Translations under genes and position numbers: made by a program | Shown here: positions 12,296-25,350 of the stretch, piece after piece | How positions within the stretch are numbered: the first letter of the stretch is position 1 | Layout: the number at the start of each line of letters is the position of its first letter | From: Podarcis melisellensis | Taxonomy: Eukaryota | Reading direction: 5' to 3' (one strand) | NCBI GenBank assembly: GCA_964234715.1 | Contig: OZ174279.1 | DNA length: 64,000 nucleotides | The notes under the pieces: generated by a model | What the model was told of the DNA's origin: nothing | What the model saw: only the letters and a program-made list of their open reading frames with translations | Database searches by the model: none

Positions 12296-14635
12296 TACTG
12301 GTAAATATGGGAAGAGAAAGGGTAAAACAGCCAGCTGAACTGTTCAATACACTGTTACATGTGACTCTTAGGCTAACTGCAAAGTTAGAAGGAAGCCAGG
12401 ATTATGGGTGAAGTTCACCCTTCAGTGGCTTGCACAGCCCTCTTGGCACCAAAGTAACCAACTGTCATCTTCGTGTTAGATCATGCAGTTACTGGGAATG
12501 AAGCCCCTCTCTAACAGTGTTGGGAAGATCCACTCCAACACACACACCCCAGAAAGGATTTTTATACTGCAGCCTTCTCAAAATGAGCAAGTGCCAATTT
12601 CTACTCTGTTAGGACTAGTAAATTTTTATGTTTGTAATGTGTGGTTGTCAGAAAGAAAATAGCAGGCTTCTTGATGAAAAGCCCAAGGTTGGAAGTACAA
12701 AATAGCAAGGCAAGGAGTTGCTTATGGCAAAAGCTGGGTCTGTTGATTTGGTTTTAGATTATACCTCTTCAAAACCTGAAAAGATGTCTCAATAGGGAAA
12801 TATCCATCATTCAGACAACAGCCTCAGACAGACCACAATCTGATAGCTGTCAGTGCCCCCCCCCCACTTCTGCCAACCTATTTCCCCATATTTTATTGTT
12901 TTATACACACACACACACAGAGGGCCTTTCCTCAAACAACTGACAGTTGAAAGTCACTTTTCCTGAATTAAAATTGGTATCCCACTTCTCTTTTGCAATT
13001 TGAGGTCAACAAAATCAGAATTATAACCATCCTCAGAGGTACTCACTTTCTATGTTTTCCTACATGCCACACAGACATGCACTGGGGCTGCACACCTACC
13101 AACTAAAGCTATTTTTCCCCAATATTATCTAGATATGTTTACAGCTATGAATCCCAACTTTAAAAATGGGGTGGGGACATATCAGGTGGCCAACCCAGTA
13201 GGTAGGTATATCCTGCATCCTATATAAACATTTTAGAATGCTGACTTCAAGTTGCTGTGCTTGAAGTCTATCTGCCACTGTTACTTCATCTGTAACTTTG
13301 TTTTATAAATAAACCATATAAATAGGTTCCCTTTGATTGCTCAGAGCATGCAGCATTAAGTGCTGGGGCATAGCTTTAGGCATAATTGTACAACTGAATT
13401 CATCAGCTGCCTAATTATCATGCATTTTGCATTTATTTCTGCCAATTAAAAAAGGAAGAAACTATTAACAACTTTTACATAAATACCGTATTTGTTCTCT
13501 GCAAAAGACATGAGGCTAATTTGCCAGCGATTAACCGATTATGTAATTTTATAGCTGTCACTCTATAAGATGCCACTTACCCCACACCCAGTGGCAAACA
13601 ATAAAAAAACCCAGAAGTTCTCTTTCCCCACAAACCCCTCTGGTTTCTGACTTCACCATGTCCTGATGAAGTTGCATGGCTGCTGATCTCTTATTTCCTC
13701 CCTCCTACCCTCCGTAGGGTGATTTGATCCATTCTTCGCACCATTAGTGGTGCACAAACCAAGGTTGACTTGTAAAACCAGGAACTGAAACCATGGTTTG
13801 AAATGTGTTTGTAAACCACAGTTTTGAGGTAATCTGGTTTGTGTAGCTGCATGTTACAGGAACCTATGGTTAGCTAGAAGAACAGTGAGGAAAATCTGGA
13901 GAAAGAGGGAAGGCATGCTCCCAATTTAAAAACTATGGTTTGCAGGGGGTCACTTTGGGAAGCAGCACTAAGATCTGGTGCAAGCGTAACAAAGTGGCTT
14001 CATTTCATCCAGTATAGTGGAACATAAGCATGGAAGAGACATGTGTGTCATAAAATCACTACGAATTGGGGTTCCAAGAAACATGGGATTCCCTTCCCTT
14101 CATGCTCTTAAAGTTTACAGCTGCAAACATCAGTGGAATTTCGCTAACACTGGAAGCGTGAAGTGGACTTTACTTGTTTCGTTCTAATGAGATTTTAGAG
14201 TTAAACTGGGCATAGTGTTAAGCACAGGTTTGCAGCCAAAATGAGCAGTCTTGCATCCAGTTCCCCTGTCCCTCTCCAAAACACGTGGAAAGAAAGAAAA
14301 AAGGGATGTCATCAAACCATATGCTCTCCCTTTCTCTCAACACCCAATAATGTGAAGCTGGAGAGAAGCTGGAGAATGTGTAAGTCACCTGCCATGGTGT
14401 CACATGTTTTTCTAACTACCCATTATGGGGTGTGATGCAGAAATCATATTTTTTTTAGCAGCAACTCTGTGACTACCAGTAAGTCAAGTGGTTCTATTGT
14501 GCCATAACTGTAGCTGCTGTTAGACCACCAGTTGTCCCCCTCCAAAGTACCACCTTGATGTTTCTGTTCAGGAAGTATTCTTTAAAATATAAAATATAAA
14601 AGAATATGAAAAAGGAATAGTAGGGAGGTGAGCCT

Positions 14636-14754
14636 GAGGTGGATGGCCATCTGTCATAGATGCTTTAGTTGAGATTCCTACAATGCGGGGGGCGGGTCTT
14701 GAACCAGGTGACCCTTGGAGGCCCTTCCAACTATACAATTCTATTATTCTGTGA
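14636..14754 (+). mobile_element. CR1 LINE 3' end
   Basis: gacccttggaggcccttccaactatacaattctattattctgtga, matching the CR1 3' hairpin and (ATTCTRTG)n tail. Confidence 0.7.
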
Positions 14755-16561
14755 AGGAAGTGATGAAAGCCAGGGGTTGCAGGGCGGCACAAAAAGTCAA
14801 AATACAAAACCAAACCAAAGACACCCAAGTTGTTATTTCTAAAAGAATGCTTTAGGTCCTCATAGTTGCAGAGATCCACAAAGAAAAAGACAGTCTGGTG
14901 CATTATGATTTCAAACTCTCAGGGTTTCTTTTCCCAAGTCTTCCTGAAATTCTTTTGAGAGCATGTGCTGGACATCTTTTCCCCATGTCTGAGAGCACCA
15001 TTTTTGGAACACGCACACACCCTGATGCATTGAGTGCAGCACTCCCAGCCAGAGCCAAACAATAATTACCCAAATTAAAATGGTAGCTAGAACATGCAGA
15101 TTAGCTGCAGTCTTCCTATTCATATTTTTTTTAAAAAAAAAACAGGTCCTCAATGTAGAATATGCTACATATTATGCATGTTTACATCTTTTTTTCAGGA
15201 AAAAAAATTAATGCCACGAAAGAGGCAATTTAGATCACAGATTTTAATGGGTTCAGTGAGGGAAATTAAAAAGGAGAATAGTATTATTTCTTCATTCCTC
15301 CTGGGTAACAGGAGGGCAAGAATAAAAGAAGCCAAGGCCTGCTTACCAATGGATACAAAGGACTTTACAAGCAGTAAAGCAAATAATTACTATGTTTATC
15401 TAAAAGTGTTCTAAAAGAGTAGGTATAAATCCCGCCACTTGGAATGATTTCCTGTCAATTGTAAACGAAGCAATTAAGTTTATTTCACTAAAACAAATTA
15501 ATGCATATGAGGCCAAGTAAAGGGCAATCTCTACTTTTGTAAATTATAAATTTGTTTAAAATTACTTAAGAATATAGGGGGGGGGGCATTAATGTTACAT
15601 CCTTCTCTCCTCGTCCAGTGGTCTCATCACTCTTGAAGCCACTTCTCCACCTCTGCTTGCCTCACCTCTCTTGATTCCTGGTATGTTGTCACAGCAGGGC
15701 AGAAAGTTTTTGGCATGTCTAATTTTGGGGGGTGTGGTGGGTAGTGGTGGTGGTGCCCTTAGGATTTATAAGAATTTGAAATTAATCTGAACTTAGGTAT
15801 GTGTGTGTGTGCTTCTTTGTTTGAAAGAGAGATAGATATATTTTACAACTTGTACTTTATAAAGTATACGTTACCCCCTACTGATATAGCTTGGGACAGT
15901 CTAAGAAATAGTAGGTTTGTTCATATATGGTGCGGAGGGTGGGGGTGGAGGACAGGGTTTTAAATAAGATTGAAAACCAGTAAAGCTTCCTAGCAAATTG
16001 TTTGTTTGGAGTCAATGCACCAAAGCCATGTTCAAAATAATGCTTTCCTAATTGCCATTTACAAATCAATTGTTTTTAGGTTCAGAAACCACCTTTAAGC
16101 ACTGCTGAAATACCAGCCCTCCTCTCCCCTTGCCTTCTACCCACTGAGCACTTTCCGCCTTTGATTGCCTGGTTGCTGGTATCACTCTTTTGCGCCAGGG
16201 CAGGCCTGGGAAGCATAATCACAGGTCCGGTATCTAACACTCCCATTGATAGCTGGGTTCACTGCCAAATCTAATTTGTATGGAGCACGATATGGAGCAG
16301 ATGGAGAGAAAAGGCCACCATGTGAGGCTGCCTTTTATTCTGCTCACTAGCCTCAGCAAGAAGCAGTTCACTGCCTCTTTACAAGCTAATGACACTGAGG
16401 TTCTTGAGCATGGCCAATAATCCTCCATCAAGCATGCTTTGCCAGCATTATAGTTTTCCTCGGGGTGTGGGGTGGGGAATGTATCTTGAACACTGATCTG
16501 GTGGCTAAATATTATGTTTTAGGGTTGGGTGCAGGGGGGGGGGAAGCAATATGTTATATAC

Positions 16562-16842
16562 CTGGGGTATGCAACCTCAGGCCCGGGGCCTGGATACGGC
16601 CCAATCGCCTTCCCAATCCAGCCTGCGGATGGTCTGGGAATCAGCGTGTTTTTACATGGGTAGAATGTGTCCTCTTGTTTAAAATGCATCTCTGGGTTAT
16701 TTGTGGGGCCTGCCTGGTGTTTTTACATGAGTAGAATGTGTGCTTTTATTTAAAATGCATCTCTGGGTCATTTGTGGGGCATAGGAATTCATTCATTATT
16801 ATGTTTTTCAAAATATAGTCCGTGAGATAGAGAGGGGGGGTA
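16562..16842. mobile_element. hAT MITE, same family as 20570-20824, opposite orientation, truncated by gap
   Basis: Reverse-complement similarity (gtgtttttacatg-gtagaatgtgt...tttaaaatgcatctctgggt); that block is internally duplicated. Confidence 0.75.
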
Positions 16843-17053
16843 NNNNNNNNNNNNNNNNNNNNNNNNNNNNNNNNNNNNNNNNNNNNNNNNNNNNNNNNNN
16901 NNNNNNNNNNNNNNNNNNNNNNNNNNNNNNNNNNNNNNNNNNNNNNNNNNNNNNNNNNNNNNNNNNNNNNNNNNNNNNNNNNNNNNNNNNNNNNNNNNNN
17001 NNNNNNNNNNNNNNNNNNNNNNNNNNNNNNNNNNNNNNNNNNNNNNNNNNNNN
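16843..17053. other. Assembly gap (211 N)
   Basis: Run of N. Confidence 1.
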
Positions 17054-17074
17054 AACTAGGATAGGTGGTTATTG

Positions 17075-17243
17075 CATAAGAACATAAGAAGATAAGCCAA
17101 AACCCCACTCAGTCTAGCATCCTGTTCTCACAGTGGGCAACCAGATGCTGTGGGCATCTGCTGTAAGCAGGATCTCTCCCCACTTGTCATTCCCAGCAAC
17201 TGGTATTCAGACACATGCTGCCTCCAACAGTGGATGTAGAATA
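17075..17243 (-). mobile_element. CR1 LINE 3' end, interrupted by a MITE and resuming at about 18223-18255
   Basis: cataagaacataagaa tail followed by tctagcatcctgttctcacagtgg...cagcaactggtattcag. Confidence 0.7.
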
Positions 17244-18222
17244 CAGTGGTGCCCCGCAAGACGAATGCCTCGCAAGACGGAAAACTCGCTAGACGAAAGG
17301 GTTTTCCGTTTATTGAGCTGCTTCACAAGACAAATTTCCCTATGGGCTTGCTTTGCAAGACGAAAACGTCTTGCAAGTTTGTTTCCTTTTTCTTAACACC
17401 GTTAATACAGTTGCGACTTGACTTCGAGGAGCAACTCACAGAACGCAGTGTACATAGTAGCCTTTTTTGAGGTTTTTAAAGACTTTGGTGATTTTTGAAG
17501 CTTTTCCAAAACTTCTTTTGCAGCCATTTGGTAAGTTAAGCTTTTAAAACTTTTTTTGGGGTGGTTGGATTTTGGGTTGGGATGTTTGGAATTCAATGAC
17601 TTGGTGTTGGGGAGGGGTTTGCAAGGATCTGGAAGCTTGTGTTTTTTTTCTGCATTTTTATGATTTTTGTGACCATTGGGGCACTCTGCTGTTTAAAAAA
17701 AAAAAATTCTGAATTTGAATTTCTGTGTGCTGGGTGGCTGGGGGAACAGTTGGGGAGGGGTTTGCAAGAATCTGGAAGCTTGTGTTTTCCCCCCTGCATT
17801 TTTATGATTTTCTGTGACCATTGGGCCACTCTGCTGTTTTTTTTAAAATATTCTGGATTTGAATTTCTGTGTGCTGGGTGGCTGGGGGAACAGTTGGGGA
17901 GGGATTTGCAAGAATCTGGAAGCTTGTCCCCCCCCCCTGCATTTTTATGATTTCCTATGACCATTGGGCCACTCTGCTGTTTTTTTAAAAAAATTCTGGG
18001 TTTGAATTTTGAAATGCTCTTTACAGTATGTGTGACTTTAAAGAGCACTTAATAAACTCTTGTTGTACCAAATTTGGCTTTGTTTGGACTTTTTTTGACC
18101 ATAGGAATGCATTAATTGATTTTCAATGCATTCCTATGGGAATCCGTGCTTCGCAAGACGAAAGATTCGCTAAATGAAAAAATTCACGGAACGAATTAAT
18201 TTCGTCTTGCGAGGCACCACTG
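17244..18222. mobile_element. Non-autonomous Tc1/mariner-superfamily element with internal ~144-bp tandem array
   Basis: Same TIRs as 3275-4339, TA flanks. Repeat units start at 17607, 17750 and 17894. Confidence 0.85.
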
Positions 18223-18826
18223 TACAGCAATAATGACTAGCAGCAATTGGTCACCCTTCGAAATCCTGCTTCTTTTGCCAGCCCTTCCAAACTCTGAGAT
18301 CAATGCCAAGTCGGTAGAATTATCTTGTCACAATGCAGTCCCCTTCTATATCCCAGCCTCACTTATTTCCGTCTCAGTTTATATCCCGATGTATCCAATT
18401 GGTTTCAGGAAAACAAAAACTGTTAATTAATGATAGTGCTAAAGACTGAGTGACAACAAATATAAACATATACTTCGAAATAACTCCGTGCGTATTTTCC
18501 CAGAGCTTAAAAGCCCCCAGAAGATGCTTGGCTCAGAAAGAATTCCATCCTAAACAAAATTCTAGATGTGAGACAAGCCACCAAGAACTCACATTTGGAT
18601 CATTTGTATTCAGTACATGGAGTGTATTATCAAGAAGGAGATGTAATTTTTATGGCATGGTAAGGCCAGAGCCTAAAAGTATCTGGAGGGTTATAAATCA
18701 CAACCAGCACCTAAACCCAGGGGGTTTTTTTCTGGGGGAATTCAAGGATATGCAATACTGGCACCTTTTTTTCTAGAAGAAAAGCCTATCTAAATCTTTC
18801 CCAGATTATAATCCACGGCTCTATTT

Positions 18827-18962
18827 CAGGCATAGGCAAACTCAGCCCTCCAGATGTTTTGAGACTACAATTCCCATCATCCCTGACCACTGGTCCTGTT
18901 AGCTAGGGATGATGGGAGTTGTAGTCCCAAAACATCTGGAGGGCAGAGTTTGCCTATGCTTG
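18827..18962. mobile_element. Palindromic hAT MITE
   Basis: TIR caggcataggcaaactc / gagtttgcctatgcttg; 8-bp TSD ctctattt at 18819-18826 and 18963-18970. Confidence 0.9.
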
Positions 18963-20569
18963 CTCTATTTGGACATCACACCAAAGCATGGTGAAGAAAG
19001 GTTAACAATGATTTGGCAAACTATTTCCTCCATTTCCAGAGGATGCTCCATTATGGAGATGGTGTTGAATTTAGGAAGCTGAGGGTTGGGAGAATGTAAA
19101 ACAAAAGCAGGCAAGTCTCCCTAAATCATGGTTTGTCAGTAAGATCTTCTAATAATATTATTGGCCAAGAAACAATGTGAACTTAAGTCTCCATAGACTC
19201 CAACACTCTGTCGGTTATACTGGATTAGCTCTCATGAGTCGATAGTCCTTTGTTGGTTCTTGTGAACACCATTATGTAACTATTGCAGTGCAATTGGTGC
19301 CAAATACCAAGAAACATTAAACAGATATTGCTGGGGACACACAAACAAAAAACACTTTAAAACCCTCAAAATTTTAGCATTTTTTTTAAAAAAAAGTCTT
19401 TTAGGCGTTTTTCTTGGCTAATCAAAACCCACACTTGTGTCAAAAAGCACCCTCTCATCAGTGACTTAATTCTGCAAGGTGAGTTTTATGCTTTACTCTC
19501 TGCTCCAATACACACAGCACATTGCAAGTATGGAGCTGTGCTGTCAGTTTCCAGAGCCAGGATACCAGAGACCATGCCTTTTTGTGAATGAGAGACTGGC
19601 CTTCTAGTTTTGATACTTTGCAATGGTGCTATAATCCAGGTATCAGCAGCACAATGCTCCATCATAGTGTAAAAAATGGTTACTGCAGATTATTATTGTC
19701 CACCATGCATTTAACACACATACACACAGCTGGAAGCTAAGGACCATGTGGTGAGGATGATTGATGGCATGCAGCAAACAACAGCCAACAGCAGCATAGC
19801 ACTCCTGTCAGGCTCTATAATGCAGCCCCCACAGCTGCTGCACTAAATTCTGAGTTGTTTGGACAAGGAGGGAGGAAAAGGGAGAGTTGCAAAGGCAGGA
19901 TGTTTACTACAATGAGATTTACCTCCAAAGCAAACTTAACTGGTCCACGATGGGCAGAAAAATTGTTTGGAACGAGAATAAAAACAAAAGAGTGGGAGAA
20001 TGTTGCAACTAAAACTATTCTGGGTCAATTTAAAATGTTTTAAACGAGCTGTTGGAAATCAAAATAGAGCAGCATGCAAATGAAAGTGTTACCTTCTCCG
20101 CACTGGGAACTAACCCTTCACCTTGTTTTTAGTTTTGAGTACATTAACCAAATAGCAGTTTTGGAAATCTCTCTTGCAGATAAGATGCTCCCTCAGGACT
20201 GTATGGGGAGAACAGCAGCAGCAGCAGTCCTTAGTCTCACTCTCTTTTCTCAGCCAAACAATGGAGTCAGTATTTCCCATATTTAAATGAGAAGTCTTGG
20301 AACAACTGAACTCTCAGTTTACGCTAATAACAACAACAACAACCAATCTCCCAGGGTAAGAGAGCATCTTACTTTTAAGGAAATAAGGTCTCCTGGTTAT
20401 TAATTCTCACAGTGAGGGCAACTAAAAATGGAAGGAGGAGTCAAAAGTCTGAGGGCCATTCCTGATGTATGTACTTCCTGGACAAAATCCAGGACCAAGG
20501 GGGCCAGTGGAAGAGGAGGGAGACCATTTGAACAGTACCACTGTATGACCATCTGACTATCCTGTAAAG

Positions 20570-20824
20570 CAGGGGTCAGCAAAATTTTTCAGCAGGGGGC
20601 CAGTCCACTGTCCCTCAGACCTTGTGGGGGGGGCAGACTATATTTTTTTGGGGGGGGATATGAATGAATTCCAATGCCCCACAAATAACCCAGAGATGCA
20701 TTTTAAATAAATGGACACATTCTACTCATGTAAAAACACATTGATTCCCGGACCGTCCGTGGGCTGGATTTAGAAGGCGACTGGCCAGATCTGGCCCCCA
20801 GGACTTAGTTTTTGCCTCCCTATG
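20570..20824. mobile_element. hAT MITE
   Basis: Starts caggggtcagcaaa; 8-bp TSD ctgtaaag at 20562-20569 and 20825-20832. Confidence 0.85.
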
Positions 20825-21011
20825 CTGTAAAGCCTTGAGAAGCCTGTGAAGTTGTGTGAGTTGGGATTGTTTGGGTTCAGTATTTTAAAGCTACAGTCCT
20901 AGACATGCTTATGAAAATGTAAGTCCTATTGAATCAGATGGACTTATGCTTGAGAAGGCAAGCTTCAAGTTGCATGGTTAAGTCTACATTCTGTGGCTAT
21001 TTTACCTTTTA

Positions 21012-21474
21012 GTGAGGGGGGGCAACTCAAGCCCAGGGGCCAAATGCAACCCACCCCTCTCGTTGGGACTCTTCTAGGCTATGGCACCTCCTCAGTCAAT
21101 ACCTCCTTTCCCCAGGCCTCACACTTAACCACGCCTACTTTGCACCCTGTCTTGACAGGAATGCACCCTTGAACTGTTGCTTGTCAGTGTGTGTGGAACA
21201 CTAACCTTCCCCACAAAAGGTCAAAAATACATTTGTTAGTTTCATCCACTCCTCTGACACACACCCCACTGGCACCCCTAGGAGGGAATATGGCCCTCTG
21301 TATGAAAAATAAAATTAAATAAAATAAAAATTTATTATTTATACCCCCAGCCACTCTGGGTGGCTCCCAACGGAATATAAAAAACACAATAAAAGATCAA
21401 ACATTAAAAACTTCCCTAAAGAAGGCTGCTTTCAGATGTCTTCTAAATAAATAAAAAAAAGGTTGCCCACCCCT
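21012..21474. mobile_element. Old hAT-like MITE interrupted by an L2 3' tail (minus strand, about 21330-21445)
   Basis: Ends agggggggcaac... / ...ggttgcccacccct; the inner segment is the reverse complement of the L2 tail at 1771-1905. Confidence 0.5.
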
Positions 21475-23299
21475 ATTTTAGGGGATAAAAACTAAAAGCG
21501 GGTAAATTTATTTGCTTAGCATAGACAGCAAGTTAAAAATGAAGTCTTGGTAATAGAGATTGCTTTTTTAAGAGGGGGGGGGATTTGTGAAAAAATAGTC
21601 AAGCAATTATATTAGCAGGTAAACTGACCACATACACCCCCCCCCCCCGACTGAGGCATCCCCTTCCACTTAGCTGTTTCTGCGATCAGAAGAAGAAAAA
21701 GAAAAAGGTGGCGTTGGGAAAGAACAGTTGAAAACCGTGAAGGAAAAATCAAAGTCAGCATGTAGCACACCAATTATTCTGCCTTCAAGTCCACAGAATG
21801 TAAACATTAAGGGCACACTGTCAGGGCGGTCAGGGGAGGGCTTCATACTGACTGCCATTACTACTGAGAATTGGGTTCTCTTTGGTAAAAAGGTTGGGGT
21901 CTGACCAAGTTCACGGCCTGCCTGACAAGCCATTGCTGACCTCAGCTGGAATATTCTTTCAACCCTGCAGCCCTCGCCTCTCTTGTGCTTAGGCTTTCTC
22001 TCTATCAGTCTCTATGATAGCTCACGTTCCCGTGTGTGTACCATTTTACTTCCATCAGGAGCGCAGGCTTGTTCCAGCAAGAGGAAGAGAGGAATGGAAA
22101 GCGGCCAGGAGCTGGATTCTTCCAAGAAGCCACAAAATTAGTCTCTCCAGAGATCTTGATGCAATTCATCAACTGGTTTCTCTTCTCTCCACCCCCCCTT
22201 CCCTTTTCCTTCAGGGCTGTGGGGCGGGGAAAATCAATGGTATTTGTGCTGTAAAAGTGATCATCATGACAGAGGAAAACTCTGCAACAAAATTGATTTG
22301 TTTAAATATAACACCACAATTGAGCAGCATGTGTCAGTAGAGGAAAATGAAGGGGGGAGAAGATGAGGGGAAGCTCTCATGATTTGCCACAAAAAGCGCG
22401 ATAAGTAATACACTTCTAAGCTATGCCAACAAAACTGATTTTCCTTGAAGCAAACAGAACAGGTTTCCAACTTGTTACAAAAAGAAGGAAGAACCCACTT
22501 TTTTAATGCACCAAAGAGAAAAAAGTACAGCTGCCAATTTCTGTGGAGAAGAACTGAAGGACCAGTGTAGTGAAGAGTGAGTGAGGTTTCTGATGTTTCT
22601 CCTTGCCTCTGTATTTTGCCACAGTGGACTGTAGCCCATTAAAGCTTATGTTTCACCACCCCATGCAATTGTACACAGCTTAACAATCGAGTTGGTTTTA
22701 GATTATCTTTGCCATCGTTGCTGTGAGTACCCTAACAACAAGGTCAGAATCAGATATATCCTCCACAGAAAACCATATAACAAGAGCCAATTAGGAAGCT
22801 ATACTCACTATACATTCCTTTGCTAACCTCCTACCCCATCCTGCAAATAAGCAAAAAGATTATAGAAGAGCCCCAAAGACTTTTCCAGCTATGAAATCTG
22901 GCTTAGTTCCCACATATAATTGAAGAAGGTACTCAGAGCAACGTGATGGGACTGTGTTGCCTTGCACTGATTGCAACAGGATGAGCTGAGGCTCTCATTT
23001 CAAAGATCCTTTGCACCACTGTCTTCTCTGCATTGCTCTTTTAAATAGAAAACATACGCATGTGGCGTCCATTGGGAAGGTTTCTGACAGCAGTTGTCAA
23101 TATAGCCTGTTAGAGTTGTTGTGAAACTTTTTATATTAACTCTTTTTATATTAAGGAGGAACGTGCACTTAATGGAGAGAGAGAAGTTTTAAAAGTAGAG
23201 GAATACATTTTCAAGGGTAGAATAACTGAAGTATTGGCTGGTGCTTCTCAGAGTCTCTAGGAGCAACGTGAAGGCTGTAATAGTCTTAATTGTGAAAAA

Positions 23300-23490
23300 T
23301 GTTGGACAGATACCCATGCTTGAACTCTTTTCAGAGGGAGCATCTGAAGAACTACCGGTAGGTTGATCATGGAGTGAGCACAACAAAATTCTGAGGCTAA
23401 TTAAAAGCCACTAAGTCACTGGATCTAGATGGCATATATTCAAGACTTCATTAAGAAGTCAGATGTGAGGTTTTTGTTCTTTGTTCCAGA
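23300..23490 (+). mobile_element. Highly decayed CR1 ORF2 fragment
   Basis: aagtcactggatctagatggcatatattcaagacttcattaagaa resembles the KSPGPDGIHPRVLKEL-type motif preceding CR1 RT. Confidence 0.5.
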
Positions 23491-24299
23491 CTCCTTGAAA
23501 GCAAAATAATGTTGATCTTAAAAGGGGGAATCAAAGGGAAGACATGATATTCCAGGTGAGTGAGGAAAAGAAGTGTATTCAGCATAAATTGGCAGAAAGT
23601 ATCTCTAAAGCCAAGACTGTTATATCAAAAGATTGAAGAACAAGTCTGACCAAGGAAGAATTAGCATGGCCTTTTCTTGTTAAGGGAAGTCCTGACTCAT
23701 TAAGCTTTTAGAATTCTGTCAGAATGCTGGCAAACATCTGGATAGGGGTGAGCAGATGTGGACTTCTGTTTTTAAAAAAACAAAGTTCCCCTCCAAAAGC
23801 TCTTGGAGTTAATTCAGTGGTTTTAAGATAAGAGGAGCAAAACAAAGCAAAAAAAGGAAGCAGTACAGTGTTAGAAACTGAGATATGAAAGCTAGGAGCT
23901 AAATGGCACCTTAAACCTGGGTTATGGTCGCAACAATGGAATGTCCAGGCACACTTTTTTAATAACAAGAATACAAAGCTGAAAATGAATGAATGGCAGC
24001 TAAAATATTATGTTCATTTTTCACATGGTCACTCTAGTCCTTCCCCTGCCCAGCCCCCTAATATTCTTAAATGGGTCTCTTCTCCAGTCTTCAGAGAGTA
24101 ACTGGAAGTGGGGAGGCATAAAAAAGGTCCTCTTTTCCTTCCACTCTGCAGTTTTAATCCGAAATCTTAAGTGCAGTACTGCACCGAGAGCTCAGAAACA
24201 GCTTGCGCTAATGAAATTCCCTGTCACAAAATGCGCCTAGAACAATGGGAGTTTCGAATACTGAAGCAGTGGGTAGAAGAACAAACTATTCTCACAACA

Positions 24300-24700
24300 G
24301 AGAGAAGACAATGGTGGTGTTCCCTTGCCCCAAAGAATCTATATCGGAAGTGGTGCTATTTAATTTGTTCACAAATGATATGGAGTCATATGGTAAGCAG
24401 TGAGGTGGCCAAATTTGTCGATGATACCCAATTATTCAGGAGGGACTGAACTGTCCCAAACCAGCTGTGAAGAGCTCCGAAATGATCTCTGAATCCTGTG
24501 CAAAAGGGCTATAAAATGGCATATGAGATTCCCTGAAAGAAGTGCAAAGTGATGCGTACTGAGGCAAACAATCCTGATTTCACATATGGCATTAGAACTG
24601 GCAGTGATCAACCCAGAAAAGAGGTATTGAGATTGAATTAATAGGCCAAGAAAGCATCAACATGGTGTGCATTAACTTCAATGATGGGTTTATTAGAAGA
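24300..24700 (+). mobile_element. Decayed CR1 reverse transcriptase fragment
   Basis: VSSEVAKFVDDTQLFR (ORF 24171-24449) matches the CR1 KFADDTKLF motif; upstream VLFNLFTND in another frame; stops and frameshifts present. Confidence 0.8.
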
Positions 24701-24849
24701 GAGATTTAGAATGATCAATATAATTTATGCCTAAATTATTCATATTCACACACACACTGCAGCTGCATTTCAAATACTCTGAATAGTTCTGGTTGCCCTC
24801 AGTTGGAACATGTAACACCTTTACTGCACTAGTTTCTGCTGCACGTCCA

Positions 24850-25350
24850 AGCTCAATTCAAAGCGATGGGATTTGCCTTCCAGCCCTTAGCGGTTTGGAG
24901 CCAAGTTATCTGAAAGTACTGATTTCATCCATATTAACATGCCTGCACTTTGAGAATATCCCGGAGGCCCTCCTCTGGTGCCTACCTGTGAAATCAATTA
25001 GATTGATGAGTACAACAGATAGGGCTGCCTTCTCTGTGATGGCCCCATGCCTGGGGAACTCCTTTCCAAAGGAAGTCTAACTGGCCCCATCAGGCTTTCA
25101 GGATCCATTTGTTTAAACCTGCGTTTGCATAAGTTTGATTGTGCCACTCTTTGGTTTGGTGCTATATGATCATTTGCTTTGCTTTCTGTATCATTATGCT
25201 AAGATTATATTATATTGTTGGTGTTGGTTTGCTGGCATTGCATTGCATTGTATTCTTAATTTTTATGGCGGCTTGCATGCTGGAAACAACCTTGAGAGGG
25301 TTTGACCCGGAAAGGCGGCCTATAAATATTTTAAATAACTAACTAAATAA
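24850..25350 (+). mobile_element. L2 LINE 3' portion, decayed
   Basis: Translates to ...GLEPSYLK...DRAAFSVMAPCLGNSFPKEV, like the L2 C-terminal RAFSVAAP.LWN.LP; ends ggcggcctataaatattttaaataa. Confidence 0.7.

Noticed and set aside
17402-17530. Short ORF MAAKEVLEKLQKSPK... inside the TcMar element
   Set aside because: About 41 aa with no recognisable HTH or DDE/DDD motif; cannot be called a transposase remnant.
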